Of a DNA stretch of 64,000 nt, positions 62,070 to 64,000 are shown piece by piece. Under the pieces are notes generated by a model. That model worked only from the letters and a program-made list of their open reading frames with translations. It was not told the origin of the DNA and did no database searches. Position 1 is the first letter of the stretch. Each line of letters starts with the position of its first letter. Source of the stretch: a virus; IMG/VR virus record IMGVR_UViG_3300037722_000699, positions 3,713-67,712 of that record; one strand, written 5' to 3'. The translations under genes and the position numbers were made by a program.

Positions 62070-62972
62070 ATGGCCGGCGCCAAGACTTCTCTCGATCTAG
62101 TGGCCAAATACGGCTCGCCGGACGCCGCGAGGAAGATGCTCGCGGACATTCAACAAAAGCGCAAACGGACGACCCTAGAATACGACAAGCTGAGCGAATG
62201 GGTCCGCGCTCTAGAGAGCCTGCAAGAGATAGCATCCGGCAAGTCGTCTGACGGCCTTGTGCCCGATCATGAGGGATTCCGCAGCAAGTTCCTATGTCGC
62301 GCCATCCGCAACGACAGCCCGATCTTTGTCGCTATCGAGGGCGGCGACAAGCGGCTGGCCGATAGGATCACGCTTGCCCAGAAGTTCAAGATTGTTGAGC
62401 CCATCCCGGACATGAAGCACCTGTTCCACTTCGGAATCGAGCTTCACAAGTCTGGGCTGCTGCGTCTGCCCTATGACCCCATGTATATCGAATATGTCGA
62501 AATGTACAGCGCCACACGCCTGCCGACAGTCCTGTTTATCGAGAAGGGCGTCGTCCAGGTCATTGTCCACCATTGCCGCCACTGGATTGTCTGCAATCCG
62601 GTTCCGCTTTGGAGCGACATGACCGACTCAGGCGAACACTTCGTCCTGGTCTCTTTTTTGGTTATGCTGGCGTCTCGCTCGACCGAGGTCTTGCCAAGCC
62701 ACGAAAACGGCAACCCCATGACTGCAGTCGAGGCAGCCGGGCGGCGATGCTCACATCACATTGTACGCCTGAAAGCTTTCGCACCTAGCGCACACCATGG
62801 CGGGCACCATGCCCCTCCCCGGCTTCATTGGCGACGCGGGCACGTCCGCCGTCAGCGTTACGGTATTGGCCGCCGTCGAACCAAGACGATCTGGGTAGCG
62901 CCGGTCCTGGTCGGCGATGCAGAGCGCGGCGTCGTGACACACGATTACCAGTTGGCCGCCAAGCCCGCCTAA
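62070..62972 (+). CDS. Hypothetical protein with C-terminal RLHWRRGHVR motif
   Basis: PRLHWRRGHVRRQRYG...IWVAPVLVG...VTHDY phage family motif; start position uncertain. Confidence 0.6.
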   Translation: MAGAKTSLDLVAKYGSPDAARKMLADIQQKRKRTTLEYDKLSEWVRALESLQEIASGKSSDGLVPDHEGFRSKFLCRAIRNDSPIFVAIEGGDKRLADRITLAQKFKIVEPIPDMKHLFHFGIELHKSGLLRLPYDPMYIEYVEMYSATRLPTVLFIEKGVVQVIVHHCRHWIVCNPVPLWSDMTDSGEHFVLVSFLVMLASRSTEVLPSHENGNPMTAVEAAGRRCSHHIVRLKAFAPSAHHGGHHAPPRLHWRRGHVRRQRYGIGRRRTKTIWVAPVLVGDAERGVVTHDYQLAAKPA

Positions 62973-63002
62973 CGCCGGCTGTCCGGCAAGAGAGAGGTAG
63001 AG

Positions 63003-63209
63003 ATGGCACACACAAGAGTGGACAACCCCTACAACAGTACGCCGTTTTCATCGTGCTGCGGCATAGCTTCGCAAGACGCAAACGGGCGGCCCGACGACCA
63101 TTGCCATAAATGCGGGCAAGCAATGACGCACCACGATAATGGCCTGCCGCCACGTAAGCCGGGGTACTGCCTTATGTGCGGCAAAGCGTACTCGGTTTGC
63201 TACTGCTAA
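63003..63209 (+). CDS. Small Zn-finger protein
   Basis: SCCG, CHKC, CLMC and CYC. Confidence 0.65.
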   Translation: MAHTRVDNPYNSTPFSSCCGIASQDANGRPDDHCHKCGQAMTHHDNGLPPRKPGYCLMCGKAYSVCYC

Positions 63210-63237
63210 CCCCAGCCCGCCTAGCACCCCTGGAGGA

Positions 63238-63399
63238 ATGGCCATGACGGATAGAGACAGGCTGGCGGGAATCAAGGCGCGGCTCAAGTATGATCCCGCC
63301 CTCAGTGATCATTATGACGTTTTCTGGCTCATCGCCGAGCTAGAGGCCGCATGGGAGCGGCTGGGAAAGATCGAAGAGGACGAGGGAGAGTGCCCATGA
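63238..63399 (+). CDS. Small hypothetical protein
   Basis: GGAGG SD; DRLAGIKARL...WLIAELE. Confidence 0.6.
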   Translation: MAMTDRDRLAGIKARLKYDPALSDHYDVFWLIAELEAAWERLGKIEEDEGECP

Positions 63400-63746
63400 C
63401 CTCCCCCACCCCACCGGCCGGCCCGAGCGAAGAGGCCGTCAAGGAAGCTAGCCGTGTTATGACTGAATGCATCGCGAAGAACGGCGGCCAAAACATTGCT
63501 TACTATCTGGCCATCGCCCTTGACGCCTGGGGCGAAGCAGCGCGGCGGGAAGGGGCGGCCGGGGAGCGGGAGGCCACAGCGCAGTGGTGCGATGAACGCG
63601 CCGCTGTCTTCGATCAGCATGCGGCCAACTGCCGCAGCGGCCAAAGCGCGAGCGAATGTCTGCGCCTGTCCAGCGTGTATAAAGAATTCGCAGAACGCAT
63701 CCGAGCCCGTGCGCCGGCCGGGGATGCGACCGCCAAGGAGGAATAG
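63396..63746 (+). CDS. Hypothetical protein
   Basis: EREATAQWCD...AERIRAR pattern; coupled. Confidence 0.55.
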   Translation: MTSPTPPAGPSEEAVKEASRVMTECIAKNGGQNIAYYLAIALDAWGEAARREGAAGEREATAQWCDERAAVFDQHAANCRSGQSASECLRLSSVYKEFAERIRARAPAGDATAKEE

Positions 63747-63971
63747 ATGTTGCCGCTCTTAAGACGACTTCGAGACTGGCTGACGCTTGCAGACTATGAC
63801 GCTGCCAAGCGTGACGCCACCAAACAGGTTGTTGCCCGATACTCTCGAAACATCGCCGCGCAGCATGGTCGCATACTGTTCAGAGAAGACCAAGAGCGCA
63901 TGCACGCAGAGGCGGTTAAGATAGCCAAGAAGTGGGAGAAGCGGGCCGCCAATCACAAAGCCCGCCAGTGA
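63747..63971 (+). CDS. Small hypothetical protein
   Basis: GGAGG SD; VVARYSRNIAAQHG. Confidence 0.55.
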   Translation: MLPLLRRLRDWLTLADYDAAKRDATKQVVARYSRNIAAQHGRILFREDQERMHAEAVKIAKKWEKRAANHKARQ

Positions 63972-64000
63972 GGCGGGCGGGAGGAAAGCGATGGACGCAC

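Noticed and set aside
1-64000. Endolysin, DNA polymerase/primase, or host genes marking a prophage boundary
   Set aside because: No recognisable motifs found by eye; they may lie outside the window or be too divergent.

Overview
This window is most of the genome of a GC-rich temperate phage with a short-tail (P22/T7-like) virion module. The host is probably alphaproteobacterial, and no host housekeeping genes are visible. The minus strand carries, from 50 kb leftwards: cro, two DNA methyltransferases, a replication initiator, a NusG-like antiterminator, terminase, portal, scaffold, major capsid, tail adaptor and nozzle, tail fibre and DNA-ejection proteins. The plus strand carries the repressor, an early operon, xis/int and the 3' part of tRNA-Thr(GGT), which looks like attP. 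The main finding is a TIGR-Tas-like RNA-guided system. It has a nuclease-less Nop/IS110-like protein (39252..40364) and nine stem-loop guide units of the form CC(A/G/T)-N9-YG(A/G)NNNCC(A/G)-N9-TGACC. Six units are overprinted in frame inside two protein-coding genes. The other three were displaced by a 5,055-bp IS1595-family transposon (24-bp TIRs, 8-bp TSD) that carries defence-like cargo. Also notable: an antisense lipoprotein that shares a two-part motif with the N-terminus of the largest ejection protein, a homing endonuclease that duplicated its neighbour's C-terminus, and several repeat-bounded gene modules. Functional calls come from motif recognition by eye; no searches were run.
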